DNA of 64,000 bases from a virus: positions 72,412 through 136,411 of IMG/VR virus record IMGVR_UViG_3300030106_005509; one strand, given 5' to 3'. The notes under the pieces were generated by a model, which ran no database searches, was not told the origin of the DNA, and saw only the letters and a list, made by a program, of their open reading frames with translations. Of the stretch, positions 10,299 to 20,267 are shown in pieces. Every line of letters begins with the position of its first letter. Positions within the stretch are counted from its first letter, which is position 1. Made by a program: the position numbers and the translations under genes.

Positions 10299-10969
10299 GC
10301 CATTTCTTCCAGTAAGGGAAAGAACCTAGAAAATACTCCAAGTCTCTTGCCATAAACTAATTGGTGGTTAACCTTTTTTGTATTTACTACCCACAATGCA
10401 CCAGAACCAAACTCAATTTCGTGACAATTCTGTTTTTGTTTGCAGGCATCGCAGTAAGTGCAGGGACAGGAGATCCTCCACACTCTAGCTTCATTATCAA
10501 GATTCAAAAATATTCTCATAGGCTCTTGATCATAATTATCCATGTGCATTCTACGAGGTATTTCTTTTGTATCAAACCTAAGATTGAATTGGTCATCTCT
10601 GACATACTTCAAATCTCCCATGAAGTACCTAGAAGCCAAATCATTGCTAAACAATCTATATCGCTTTACAGAGAATTCCCCAAGTCTATCTCTTATATTT
10701 GCTAAAATTGTTCCAGCCTCAGCATTTCTAAACAAGGTGCTTGGCTTCCCAATGATTCCCTCTACGGTATGCTTTCCTCCGACATCATAGTTGTTTTTGT
10801 TTTGTGTTTGTGAATCTTGAAGTATTGCAATTTCATCCTTAGAAACAAAGTTGTCAATTATCACAAGTTTCTTGTCTAGGTAATATTGAGACAGATCATC
10901 TGATTCTTTTTTATGTGAAACAATAATATTGTTAGGCAGTTCTTCACTTAGCGTGACTTTTGTTTTCAT
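10295..10969 (-). CDS. Kdo hydroxylase (KdoO)-like Fe(II) dioxygenase
   Basis: MHMDNY...RIFLNLD...RVWR and EF..GALW......NHQLVYG resemble the KdoO motifs LHVDAF...RVFTN...RVWR and F.PG..W......HA...G. Confidence 0.55.
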   Translation of the reverse strand: MKTKVTLSEELPNNIIVSHKKESDDLSQYYLDKKLVIIDNFVSKDEIAILQDSQTQNKNNYDVGGKHTVEGIIGKPSTLFRNAEAGTILANIRDRLGEFSVKRYRLFSNDLASRYFMGDLKYVRDDQFNLRFDTKEIPRRMHMDNYDQEPMRIFLNLDNEARVWRISCPCTYCDACKQKQNCHEIEFGSGALWVVNTKKVNHQLVYGKRLGVFSRFFPLLEEMA

Positions 10970-11492
10970 TTAACTTCTCCATCTTAGAAGCTGGAACTAT
11001 ATAGTTTTTTGGTAGATACGGGCCATACTGCTTTTCTTGCTTGACTTCGTCAAACTTATCTCTTGTTATTTGACCTAGTACTTCTACCACCTTATTTTTT
11101 ATATCCCATCTGGTAAGGACATAAAGTTTTGGAGGGGTTCTTTGTTCGTATTCTTTTACTGTGATTTTCAGTTCTGGCTCCCCTCTACCCATGTAGGTTA
11201 TCGTTTTAACCTCAACCCCATCGAAGTCTTGACCAGAATCTCGAACTGAATATATTTCTTCATCAACCTTTTGGTCTGTTGCTAGAGCGTATCCAAGCTC
11301 GCCAATAACACCAAGAAAATGAGCCATGTATTGTTTATCAACTTTAAACTCGGAAGACATCTCCTCCTTGCCATCATTCATAAACTTAGCAACGTCTTTG
11401 TTTCTAAACGATACATCTTTTGCGTCATGTCGCTTCATCGCAAGGTCTAAAGCGTAATCAAGTTGTTCGTGGTTCAATTTAAATTTTGTCAT
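10944..11492 (-). CDS. hypothetical protein, PD-(D/E)XK nuclease-like
   Basis: G..GE helix followed by D.G.DF.GVEVKT. Confidence 0.4.
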   Translation of the reverse strand: MTKFKLNHEQLDYALDLAMKRHDAKDVSFRNKDVAKFMNDGKEEMSSEFKVDKQYMAHFLGVIGELGYALATDQKVDEEIYSVRDSGQDFDGVEVKTITYMGRGEPELKITVKEYEQRTPPKLYVLTRWDIKNKVVEVLGQITRDKFDEVKQEKQYGPYLPKNYIVPASKMEKLNENKSHAK

Positions 11493-12163
11493 TTGTCAAA
11501 TCCATAAATCATTAGGCATTTACTATCTACTGGTATTCTTTTTCCGCCAAGAGACTCCAAAAGATCACAGCACAAATCTTTGTCTTGGTCTATCTCGAAG
11601 ACAACCACAGGCTTCCATTTCTCTATCGTTCTCTTTGCACCTTTAAGTATCCTAAGCTCATGCCCTTGCGTGTCAATCTTTATTAACCCAACTTCATGAA
11701 AGTTGTGAGAATCTAATGCTCTGACATCGACTACATCTTCAGGGGTGAACTTGTTTCCTTTGATCTGGTCTGTGTAGACTATTTTGCAATCGCCGCAATT
11801 TTTGACACCCAGAAGTAGATTTCCTTGAGTTTTCTTCTCGCCTAGACCATGACTGTAAAGACTTATGTTGTCTAAATTCTTTGTGTTTTCAATGAAGCAC
11901 TCTCTGTTTTTTTCGGCTGGCTCGAAAGCTTCTACTTTGTCAAATTTTTCAGCAAGCGGCCTGCTCCATATACCTACATTACCACCAGCGTCAACAAACG
12001 TACCGAAGTTAGTAACGGCATCTAAAGCAGCCTTCCTCACTCTTCTTTCGTAGTAAAGATCTGTGTGAGTAGGATCAGAATCCTTCTTCTTTCTCTCGTT
12101 TATTTTTCTTGTTATAAGTTCGTCCCCGTCAGGAACGCACCACACGTCATTTATCCTGTGCAT
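11489..12163 (-). CDS. FkbM-family methyltransferase
   Basis: VDAGGNVG, AFEP, IKIDTQGHE..IL.GA, PVVVFE. Confidence 0.85.
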   Translation of the reverse strand: MHRINDVWCVPDGDELITRKINERKKKDSDPTHTDLYYERRVRKAALDAVTNFGTFVDAGGNVGIWSRPLAEKFDKVEAFEPAEKNRECFIENTKNLDNISLYSHGLGEKKTQGNLLLGVKNCGDCKIVYTDQIKGNKFTPEDVVDVRALDSHNFHEVGLIKIDTQGHELRILKGAKRTIEKWKPVVVFEIDQDKDLCCDLLESLGGKRIPVDSKCLMIYGFDK

Positions 12164-13127
12164 GTTTTAGATTACTCCTTAAATGATTCCAAGCAAGCCC
12201 TTGACGCATCTCTTCTAAAGACCATTCTGCGTAAGACATGTCGTAAACCCATTGATTTCTGCTAGGCTTTTCTGGGTCTTCTATCTTCTTTATTGTATGC
12301 CCTGCAACATCATAAGCTAAACAAATTGGATCTTCCGTTATGACAGGTATACCGTTAAAAGCAGCGTCAACAGCGCCGTTTGACGTTCTAGTCACAGCGC
12401 ACCAAGCATTTTTTAAGTCTTCTTTGATGCTAACCTGTTTAGCGTCAGTTAGTTTTATATTATCGACTCCTTCTGGAGGTCGAATTCTATTTCTTATCTC
12501 TTTATCGCCTATGGGATGTGTTCTAAAGACAATAGGTCTGTCAGTATACTCCCTAACCCTTTTGACTAGATTGTGATAGTAGTCTGTAGGATCAGTCCAC
12601 ATATTAGACATTGGGTCGCTTTCGGTTCCAACATGAGACAGGCCAGCGCCGTAATGTGTTTGACCTATGATCAAAACATGATCGCCAGAGTTGCGCCACT
12701 CTTTTATTCGTAACTTTCTCTTTTTAAACCTGTCGTTTGGGCTATTCTCGTTGTAAAAATTTGCACCCCTTTTGATGCCATCAACACCTATTGAGTAATA
12801 TCTCTCACTAGAGTCTCTATTTCTATCGTCGTCAAGAATCCCACAGTCCAGCATCACTCTTTGGCGACCAAGCTCTATCATTTTATTTTTTATGGCAACC
12901 CTCATGTAGCCTTCTTCTGCCATGCCATGAGGATCGGAGTGATAACAAAGAGATTCGTATCTTGTTACTTCAGCTATTTGAAACGATACATCGCATCTTT
13001 CAAGTTTATGCAGGTCACTTTTTGACTTTACAAGCTCAACGTGATCTCCAGAGCTAACGACCCCTTTAGTAAAGGACTCCATTATCTCATCTGTTCTTCT
13101 TTTTGTGTAACATATAGCTACTTTCAT
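12147..13127 (-). CDS. GT-B-like capsule-modification family protein (paralog 3 of 3)
   Basis: FRTHP, TRTSNGAVDAAFNGIP, MSYAEWSLEEMRQGLAW; start taken at MKVAI. Confidence 0.5.
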   Translation of the reverse strand: MKVAICYTKRRTDEIMESFTKGVVSSGDHVELVKSKSDLHKLERCDVSFQIAEVTRYESLCYHSDPHGMAEEGYMRVAIKNKMIELGRQRVMLDCGILDDDRNRDSSERYYSIGVDGIKRGANFYNENSPNDRFKKRKLRIKEWRNSGDHVLIIGQTHYGAGLSHVGTESDPMSNMWTDPTDYYHNLVKRVREYTDRPIVFRTHPIGDKEIRNRIRPPEGVDNIKLTDAKQVSIKEDLKNAWCAVTRTSNGAVDAAFNGIPVITEDPICLAYDVAGHTIKKIEDPEKPSRNQWVYDMSYAEWSLEEMRQGLAWNHLRSNLKHAQDK

Positions 13128-13789
13128 TAGAGGTAACTCCTCCAAAGCTCAGCATAATCCACATCTTGCCAGTTATCAAACCAAGGACCACCATTGGTAA
13201 AGTGAATCACAGCAGGCGGTGTTTCAGGCTTGTCGTACTCACCTTCTAGCCAGTTCCACTCTAGAGGTATCTCGCCTATCTCTTCATCATTTAAAAATTG
13301 AAATCTATGCAGAAAAGCTCCCGACTCGCTACTTGCTATATCTTTTGTTAGGGCTTTATTAGAAGGATGAGAGCAATTCCATAATATGCAACTAGACCAG
13401 TTTTTTCTTGGGTAAGAAACTTGCTTTTGACCATCCATTTTTACAGCGTTTCTAGGCACATAGTCATGTTTAACGCACATTAGTGCGTATTTGTCGTCTG
13501 CCATGGCGAACAACTCAGCTACGTCTTTCGTGAATAAAAAGTCACAGTCTATGAATAATGCCCAGCCGTTGTAATCTGCTAGATATGGAGTCAGAAACCT
13601 AGTGTAAGTAAACTCCACAGAACCAGCTTCTGGTTGTGGCCTGTAATACTCTCCGGTCTCAATAAGCGTCTCTCTAACAATCGGTGTGATATCAAGCTCT
13701 TGCGATGCGTGTTCTTTTAGGGATTTAACACAGACATTGTAAGCGTCTGTTTCTCTGCTGTCCCATCCAATAAAAACTTTAAGTGTCAT
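13127..13789 (-). CDS. GT8-related (CDI-like) glycosyltransferase
   Basis: FIGWDSRE, EFTYTRFL.P, FIDCDFL, KMDG..Q..YPRKNWSS, HFTNGGPW. Confidence 0.8.
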   Translation of the reverse strand: MTLKVFIGWDSRETDAYNVCVKSLKEHASQELDITPIVRETLIETGEYYRPQPEAGSVEFTYTRFLTPYLADYNGWALFIDCDFLFTKDVAELFAMADDKYALMCVKHDYVPRNAVKMDGQKQVSYPRKNWSSCILWNCSHPSNKALTKDIASSESGAFLHRFQFLNDEEIGEIPLEWNWLEGEYDKPETPPAVIHFTNGGPWFDNWQDVDYAELWRSYL

Positions 13790-15155
13790 TTAGAAATACC
13801 TCTAAGTCTTCTGGCGTTCCAAGACCCCACATTTTGTCGATGTCGAACACCTTTATTTTTTTCTTATCTTCTATAGCTTCGTTAAATACAGGGCAGACAT
13901 AAAACTCATTGTTTACCCGCTTGTCTTTTGTAATCATTTCCTCGGCATATTTTACATAGTCGCTACCTTTAGACCAGTAATACACACCTACCGTAGCCTT
14001 GTTGCTGATGGGTTTCTTTTCAGCAACTTCGGAAACAAACCCGTCGTCATCAAGTTTAGCAAAGCTCCACTTTGGATGAACCGACTCAAAAGTTAAGATT
14101 CCGCCGTCTACACCTGAAGCTTGCATGGAATACAAGAATTCATTGCTGTTCCAGTCAATAAACTGATCGGAATTTGCTGTTAAAAGCGGCTCGTCGTTGT
14201 TGATGAATTCTTTTGCCAACAATGTTGTACAAGCCGCACCTTCAGTTACTCCATCAACTTGAACTATCTCGCAATTAGGAGCTATTAAGTTAAGTAGATA
14301 CTGAAGATTGTATTTTTCGTAGTGGCTTTTTTGGACTATGAATATGTGTTGAGCATCAATGTTCAAATTTTCAACGACAACCTGTATCATCGGCTTGCCA
14401 TTGACTTCAATAAGCGGCTTAGGAAAGGTGTATCCCGCTTTTTCAAAGCGAGAGCCAGCCCCAGCCATTGGTATCAAAACTTTCATATTTCCACCCTGCC
14501 ATTTGGGTCTTATCGGTTTATGCTTACATTCAGCTTTTTCTATAGCTTTATGTATGTTATCTAATCTTACGTCTTCTAGACCTTTTACGCCTAAAACATT
14601 TCCTCCAGATTTTGCAGCCGCCTCTCTACCTATATGAGAGTCCTCTATAATAAGACATTCTTCTGGGTTGACTCCAGCATGTACCATGCATTTTAAGTAT
14701 ATTTCAGAGTGTGGCTTTGGGTTTTTTACGTCTTCGTTAGAAAAGTACTCATCTATGTATTCTAAGTAACCTGCTTTTAAAAGCATTAGCTTTACACTAG
14801 ACCTTATTGAGTTTGATGCGCAATATATTTTATATCCTTCACTACTAAGTCTTCTTAATACCATGCATATACCAGCGTGTGCAGTAGGACTAACTACATC
14901 TGATATTACTTTCTGTGTGCATTTTTGTTTTTCTTGCCAAACTTCTTCATGTATATCAGTAGGTAGCCCTTTTTCTTTAGATAGCTTAGCCAGTTTTTTG
15001 CTTGTAGGAAGTCCGTCGTAAGAAGAGAGATGTTCTTCTAGTGATATTACATACTCCTCTCCAAACTTAGACAAGGCTCTATTAAGAGCTTCGTAATGTA
15101 TGTTTCTGGCTTCAACTAATACGCCATCAAGATCAAATATTACAAGTTTTATCAT
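13779..15155 (-). CDS. HAD phosphatase fused to a nucleotidyltransferase
   Basis: FDLDGVL, KPHSEIY and IEDS (HAD); IPMAGAGSRF...PKPLI, GAACT and GLGTPEDL (NTP transferase). Confidence 0.85.
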   Translation of the reverse strand: MIKLVIFDLDGVLVEARNIHYEALNRALSKFGEEYVISLEEHLSSYDGLPTSKKLAKLSKEKGLPTDIHEEVWQEKQKCTQKVISDVVSPTAHAGICMVLRRLSSEGYKIYCASNSIRSSVKLMLLKAGYLEYIDEYFSNEDVKNPKPHSEIYLKCMVHAGVNPEECLIIEDSHIGREAAAKSGGNVLGVKGLEDVRLDNIHKAIEKAECKHKPIRPKWQGGNMKVLIPMAGAGSRFEKAGYTFPKPLIEVNGKPMIQVVVENLNIDAQHIFIVQKSHYEKYNLQYLLNLIAPNCEIVQVDGVTEGAACTTLLAKEFINNDEPLLTANSDQFIDWNSNEFLYSMQASGVDGGILTFESVHPKWSFAKLDDDGFVSEVAEKKPISNKATVGVYYWSKGSDYVKYAEEMITKDKRVNNEFYVCPVFNEAIEDKKKIKVFDIDKMWGLGTPEDLEVFLNDT

Positions 15156-15817
15156 GCGTATTGTCTACCTCTTAGTAGCATTGGAAAATCTATTCTTTCT
15201 ACCGGTAGGTTATTGTAACTAATATGGTATTTCAGTATGTATTCAGGATGTATTGTAATATTGTTTCGTGCATAGTGTCTTATATGATTATAAACAGAAT
15301 TATAAAAATTCATATAGTAAGGAGAGCTAAAGGCTAACGAGTCTTGATAGCCACCTCTACCATCAAGTCCGTATGGTATAACAAGATTGCTGTAAGCAAG
15401 TTCTATCTCTTCTTGAGTTATGGCTCTTTCGTACTCTATCTCAGTTCTACACCTAAAAACAACATCGTATTTTTCATTGTTTACCTGCTCAAAACACTTC
15501 ATGTTCGTATAGAACATGCACATCATTCTTTCAGCGCTTGTCTCTGGGGACTTTGTAGGAAAGTCAAAACTCTTTCCACTTAAAAATTCATCACAATCCT
15601 CAAGAACGATTGATTTTGGCTTATAAGAATCTATAAATTCTTCTACAGTTCCATCTTCAGAGAACCGGCTAGTCACACTATTTTGCTTTTGTTTTTCAAA
15701 ATCCCAACCATAGACAAACAAGTCTGCGTTTGTAGGCTCTATTATGTTTTTGAAGAGAGAGTCTCTGCTCTTCTTAAAACTTCTTAGCTGTCCAGATAGG
15801 CAAACTGCGACTTTCAT
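15152..15817 (-). CDS. putative glycosyltransferase (SGQ.R family)
   Basis: KVAVCLSGQLR, YDVVFRCR, D..AF, HPE..L. Confidence 0.55.
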   Translation of the reverse strand: MKVAVCLSGQLRSFKKSRDSLFKNIIEPTNADLFVYGWDFEKQKQNSVTSRFSEDGTVEEFIDSYKPKSIVLEDCDEFLSGKSFDFPTKSPETSAERMMCMFYTNMKCFEQVNNEKYDVVFRCRTEIEYERAITQEEIELAYSNLVIPYGLDGRGGYQDSLAFSSPYYMNFYNSVYNHIRHYARNNITIHPEYILKYHISYNNLPVERIDFPMLLRGRQYA

Positions 15818-16521
15818 AGTTTCTTTCTTTCCAATCTATTTTGTTCACAGTTACTAAACAGCCCTTTGTCATGAATGACTTTAGGCATGACGTAGTAAGT
15901 TTTCATTTCTTTATGTAGATCTCTATTTAGTTGAGAGTCTATCGGGTTCACAGGCTCAAGCCCTATTAGCTTATCAAGCATTGTGTGATTGATTATAACG
16001 CCGTGCATACCGCCACATGTAAAGTGAGCCTCGGATACAATCCCAACACCTATATGTCCATGCTCAGAGTACATTCTTTCTACAGTTTCGTTCCAAGCAT
16101 CATCTGCTTCGCCTATCCACCAGCCTAGAAACAACATGTCAAAATCTAAATTTTCAAAGTCAACTATATAGTTGCCAAGTCTTGACATAACATCGTCAAA
16201 TCTTTCGGTAAAGTAAGCGTCATCTTCTAGCATCAAAAATCTTTTGACGCCCTCTTCCTTCATCTTCTTAAAAATTTCTATGTGAGACATGAAAGCATTG
16301 TAATGTCTTATCTTTGTTGTATCATTGCCATAGCCCCACTCAGACATGTCTGCCGATTCGTCATCAATTCTGTCGTATTCTTCGTTGTTTAGTAGGTTTC
16401 CTTCGCCCACAACATAAGGCTCAAAGTCTATGCCTTTTGATTCACATTGCTTTCTAAGATCTTCCCACTCATCTTTCCGCTTGTCTAAACAAAGACAGAC
16501 AGCTTTTTCTATTCCGAGCAT
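15814..16521 (-). CDS. glycosyltransferase family 25
   Basis: CLDKRKD, SH..IF, LMLEDDA, PIDSQL. Confidence 0.7.
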   Translation of the reverse strand: MLGIEKAVCLCLDKRKDEWEDLRKQCESKGIDFEPYVVGEGNLLNNEEYDRIDDESADMSEWGYGNDTTKIRHYNAFMSHIEIFKKMKEEGVKRFLMLEDDAYFTERFDDVMSRLGNYIVDFENLDFDMLFLGWWIGEADDAWNETVERMYSEHGHIGVGIVSEAHFTCGGMHGVIINHTMLDKLIGLEPVNPIDSQLNRDLHKEMKTYYVMPKVIHDKGLFSNCEQNRLERKKL

Positions 16522-17561
16522 TTTTTCATCTCTTCCAATAAATACTTTGCCATTGATTCTGTAGTCAAATACTTTTCGGTGTAATCTCTAAACTCTTGGC
16601 ATAAATTAAAATATTCAATTGTATTGAAATTTGAATGGTCTATATACCCTCTAGCTGCACCGTCTTGTATTTTTCTAGATGTTCCTATATACGTGTCTTT
16701 GTCTTGGTCAAAAGGGTCTTTAGTTCCGGGGAATACCCCGTAAACCTTTTTGGCTTTTACGCAAAGATCTTTTGGAAATCTAAACATGCTTTTCTCAGGG
16801 CATTTTTCTATATCTGTAAAGTACGGCACTGAACCAGCGGCTAGTATTTCATAATGTCTCATACAATCCCAAGACTCTTCGATTACATCTTCTCTACCCT
16901 TCTTGCACGTAAAAGAAAAGTAGCTTTTAGAATACATTTTGTAGTAATCGTCTTCATTGTCGTATATATATGACTTCATGTGAGGGTCGTCGAAATGTCC
17001 ATATGCAGGAACAAGAGGTGCAAAGTCAAACTCTTTGATCCTCTCTATCGGTCTTATTTTCTCTTTTGGTAAAGAGAAGGATATAGGTATAGCACCTTCA
17101 CTTTCAGGCCCTATCTCTCTTTTAAAGAATGGAAGCATAGATATTAGTGATTTATCTGTCTTTGGTCTGTCCCAGCCGTCTATTAAGCAAACCCTATTTG
17201 AGGGGAACTTATCTATGACTTTAGATATTACTTCTTTTATCGTTTGCCAGTCTTGAACAATAGTGTGATGAAGCGGGCATATGATGTAATCAAAGTATTG
17301 ATTTACTATCTTGCTACCTATATCGTCTCTGTCTATTTCAATTTCTGGAAGAAGTCCGTAGGTAGTAAACCCCTTTCCCCATAGCTTGCTAAGCTTTTCT
17401 TTAGGTGCGTCTTTATAAAGATGCCACATCCTGTAGCCGTCTACTAGGTCTTCACCAAGAATTGATCTAAGCCCATGAAACAGAGTGTCAGTCAGATAAT
17501 CTCCTGCCTGAACTGAGTCTACAGCGTGGTGTTGTATCAGAGGGTAGTATAGAACTTTCAT
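16509..17561 (-). CDS. putative glycosyltransferase (exostosin/GT-B-like)
   Basis: DYL.D.LFHGL, YIY.NE.DYY..Y, WDCMRHYEILAAGSVPYF. Confidence 0.5.
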   Translation of the reverse strand: MKVLYYPLIQHHAVDSVQAGDYLTDTLFHGLRSILGEDLVDGYRMWHLYKDAPKEKLSKLWGKGFTTYGLLPEIEIDRDDIGSKIVNQYFDYIICPLHHTIVQDWQTIKEVISKVIDKFPSNRVCLIDGWDRPKTDKSLISMLPFFKREIGPESEGAIPISFSLPKEKIRPIERIKEFDFAPLVPAYGHFDDPHMKSYIYDNEDDYYKMYSKSYFSFTCKKGREDVIEESWDCMRHYEILAAGSVPYFTDIEKCPEKSMFRFPKDLCVKAKKVYGVFPGTKDPFDQDKDTYIGTSRKIQDGAARGYIDHSNFNTIEYFNLCQEFRDYTEKYLTTESMAKYLLEEMKKCSE

Positions 17562-18508
17562 TTTGCATTTCTAACAACGTCAAAGATTACATCTTTTGAT
17601 TTTGGAAACTTTGGTATCCAGCCAACAGACTTTAGTAGCTCGTTACTAGCTCTAATTACTCTATTGTCACCCTTCCAGTTTGCTTCTTCTCCAAGCCACT
17701 TAATTGGCTTCTGTATTTCCAAAGCGTCCATCGCAGCCTCTGCCACTTCCTCTACAGTGATTGAGTCATCGGGGACAACATTGAAAATTTTATTTTCCGT
17801 ATTTTGCATCCCAAGCATCATCAATGCTTCTACAGCATCTTCTATATGACAAAACGGCTTGGTAGATCCCGGATAAGAACCTAAAGCTTCTAGGTTTGGA
17901 TTGTCGCTCTTAATTTTTCTGATAAAGTCTTTTACTATTCCGTGAGTTAAACCTGAACCCACAGTGGCGCACAACCTTGCCGATACTCCATCTATTTTGC
18001 CTGAATTAGTATACGATTGAATTATGCTCTCAGAAGCTCTTTTAGTCATTCCATAAATTGACGTAGGCTTACAAGCGGCGTACTCCTTGTATTCTCTGTC
18101 GGGGTTTGAAGAATTGTAAACCCAATCACCATAGACTATAACGGAAGAAGCTAAAACAACCTTGCATCCTTCAGGTGCGTAATGAGCTACTTTCTGTGTG
18201 CTTATAGTATTGTCTAAGATAATCCCGTGTGGATTGTCATCGTCTGGTTTTACTACAGCGTTGCTTGCCAAATGAAATATCAAATCAGGACTGTGTTGCC
18301 TACAGATGTTTTCAAACATGTAGTAGCTATCTTTCGACCTGTCTACTTCGCCAAGATCAAGAGCGTAGTGAGTGCTTAGTTTAACATCTTTTTTGTTTCT
18401 GATTACAGGTCTTCTAGAAACCGTAATAAGCTCATGACCCAGAAGTTTAAGCTTGAGGGTTAGATGTCTCCCTATAAATCCTGTAGCGCCTGTGATAAGT
18501 ATCTTCAT
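17558..18508 (-). CDS. NAD-dependent epimerase/dehydratase (extended SDR)
   Basis: ITGATGFIG, ASS..VYG, YGMTK; start taken at MKILITG. Confidence 0.85.
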   Translation of the reverse strand: MKILITGATGFIGRHLTLKLKLLGHELITVSRRPVIRNKKDVKLSTHYALDLGEVDRSKDSYYMFENICRQHSPDLIFHLASNAVVKPDDDNPHGIILDNTISTQKVAHYAPEGCKVVLASSVIVYGDWVYNSSNPDREYKEYAACKPTSIYGMTKRASESIIQSYTNSGKIDGVSARLCATVGSGLTHGIVKDFIRKIKSDNPNLEALGSYPGSTKPFCHIEDAVEALMMLGMQNTENKIFNVVPDDSITVEEVAEAAMDALEIQKPIKWLGEEANWKGDNRVIRASNELLKSVGWIPKFPKSKDVIFDVVRNAK

Positions 18509-19551
18509 TCTTCTATCATCTTCTCTAAAGCTTCCAGACACTTTTCAGCTTGCTCTGGCATCTGCAATTCGTTAAATAGATCGGCTATTCTGTGAAAATA
18601 AGTATGGTTTCTTAAAACCGACTCGTACCCTCTTTGTATGTACGGGAGTCTTTCCTCTGGATTATTGACGTAGTATGAAACCAGCTTTTCAAATTCTTCT
18701 GGAGTTTTTGCGAACACTAATTCTTCGTTTGTGAATACGTCATTCGCCATAGATTCTACATAATCTGAGATACAAAATCCACCACTCATCAAGATCTTAA
18801 AAGGTCTTTCTATAATATCGTAGCCAAAATCTTGAGAATGTGGCTCGCTGACGTTTGGGCAGACAAGAGAAGATCTAAAAGCGTGTTTTACGTTTTCATT
18901 TGAGATATGTCCGCAGTACTGAACGACAGGCCAAGAAGATCCGCCAAATATTTTTATATTGAATTTACCTACTGGATTGCACAGCCTAATCATGTACGGG
19001 TCTAGTCTTTCAGCTTTGTAAGGCCAGTAGCCGCCAATAAAAGTCACATCCGACTTCAAATTGTCTATGACTCCAGAACCAGCATAGTCAAATACATCGG
19101 CCCCATGCATCATAGATACGACTTTAACACCAATCATTTCCCATCTATTGTGGGTGGCTTTCATCCATTTGTCATGATAATGGTTGTGAACAAAGTCGGG
19201 CTTATCACATTCTCTCTTCAGTCTTTCAACCCATATTGACTCTTCTTTGTTAGCAACCAATATTGGGTATCTGTCTGTGTCTATTTCATTCTGCATGTCT
19301 CCCCAGTCTGATGCTCGCATCACAACCTTCATCTCTGGGCGTTCTTTTATACAGTTGAATAGAGACCTGTCTAAATTGTAAGTTTGACCCATGAATATGT
19401 CTGGTTCTACTTCATCAAATGCATCGTAAGCAGATTTAGTAGATATATCCCATATAACCACTTGGTGACCTATAGCTTGAAATACTTTAGCCCAGCCTAG
19501 ACGTATATAATAATGAGCATGAGGCCCATCGCTTGAAATCATTATTCTCAT
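18505..19551 (-). CDS. CgeB-like glycosyltransferase (Glyco_trans_1_2)
   Basis: FIGGY, ERPFKI...GGF.ISD, HTY.HR. Confidence 0.7.
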   Translation of the reverse strand: MRIMISSDGPHAHYYIRLGWAKVFQAIGHQVVIWDISTKSAYDAFDEVEPDIFMGQTYNLDRSLFNCIKERPEMKVVMRASDWGDMQNEIDTDRYPILVANKEESIWVERLKRECDKPDFVHNHYHDKWMKATHNRWEMIGVKVVSMMHGADVFDYAGSGVIDNLKSDVTFIGGYWPYKAERLDPYMIRLCNPVGKFNIKIFGGSSWPVVQYCGHISNENVKHAFRSSLVCPNVSEPHSQDFGYDIIERPFKILMSGGFCISDYVESMANDVFTNEELVFAKTPEEFEKLVSYYVNNPEERLPYIQRGYESVLRNHTYFHRIADLFNELQMPEQAEKCLEALEKMIEE

Positions 19552-20267
19552 TTTTTAAGATCCTTAAGAGAGTCTATCTCTTTTATATTCATGTTCTTAG
19601 GCTCAAAAGATTTCAACATCCCTCCAGATCTCATGACAATATTGAAAAGCTCAAAAGGGTACATTTTAGACTTGGTCTTATCTTGACATAGACTACTGAA
19701 GCTTTCATATTCTTCACCTTCGAGATACGCTATGTGGCACCATTTAGAGTCTAAGCCGTAAGCAAAGTTTGTCGCCACACCATCGACAACAGTCACTCCT
19801 ATTTCCTCGTCATCAAACCTGTTTTTCTTATCAACCAAAACGCAAGACCCGTTTTTGGTCATTCCCTGTATGCAATTTATATTAAAGATTAAATCGCCAT
19901 ATATGATTAAAGCATTGTCATTTATAGAGTTGTTTATACCTAGTCTTATGCTTTCGACAATATTTGTCTCTTCGTAAGAATGATTCTCTACTATTCTCAC
20001 TCTTCTGTCTAAAGTTTTTATTATTCGTTCTGACTCAAAACCGACAACCACTATTATGTCGCAAAATTCATAGCTCTTTCTGACATTGCTAATTATCTTG
20101 TCTATTATTGTGTTTGTTTGATTTACAGGCAGCAAGCATTTAGGGCCATAGGATTTCATTCTATGACCCATTCCAGCAGCGGGTATTATAACCGTCAACT
20201 GCTTATCAGCATCTTTGCCCGCCCCATTGTCTTTTGTGGAGCTTGTAAATCTATTGTACTTTCGCAT
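19548..20267 (-). CDS. nucleotidyltransferase (LicC/phosphocholine cytidylyltransferase-like)
   Basis: IIPAAGMGHRM...PKCLL, N..Y..TN, IYGDLIF, EIDS..DL. Confidence 0.75.
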   Translation of the reverse strand: MRKYNRFTSSTKDNGAGKDADKQLTVIIPAAGMGHRMKSYGPKCLLPVNQTNTIIDKIISNVRKSYEFCDIIVVVGFESERIIKTLDRRVRIVENHSYEETNIVESIRLGINNSINDNALIIYGDLIFNINCIQGMTKNGSCVLVDKKNRFDDEEIGVTVVDGVATNFAYGLDSKWCHIAYLEGEEYESFSSLCQDKTKSKMYPFELFNIVMRSGGMLKSFEPKNMNIKEIDSLKDLKK

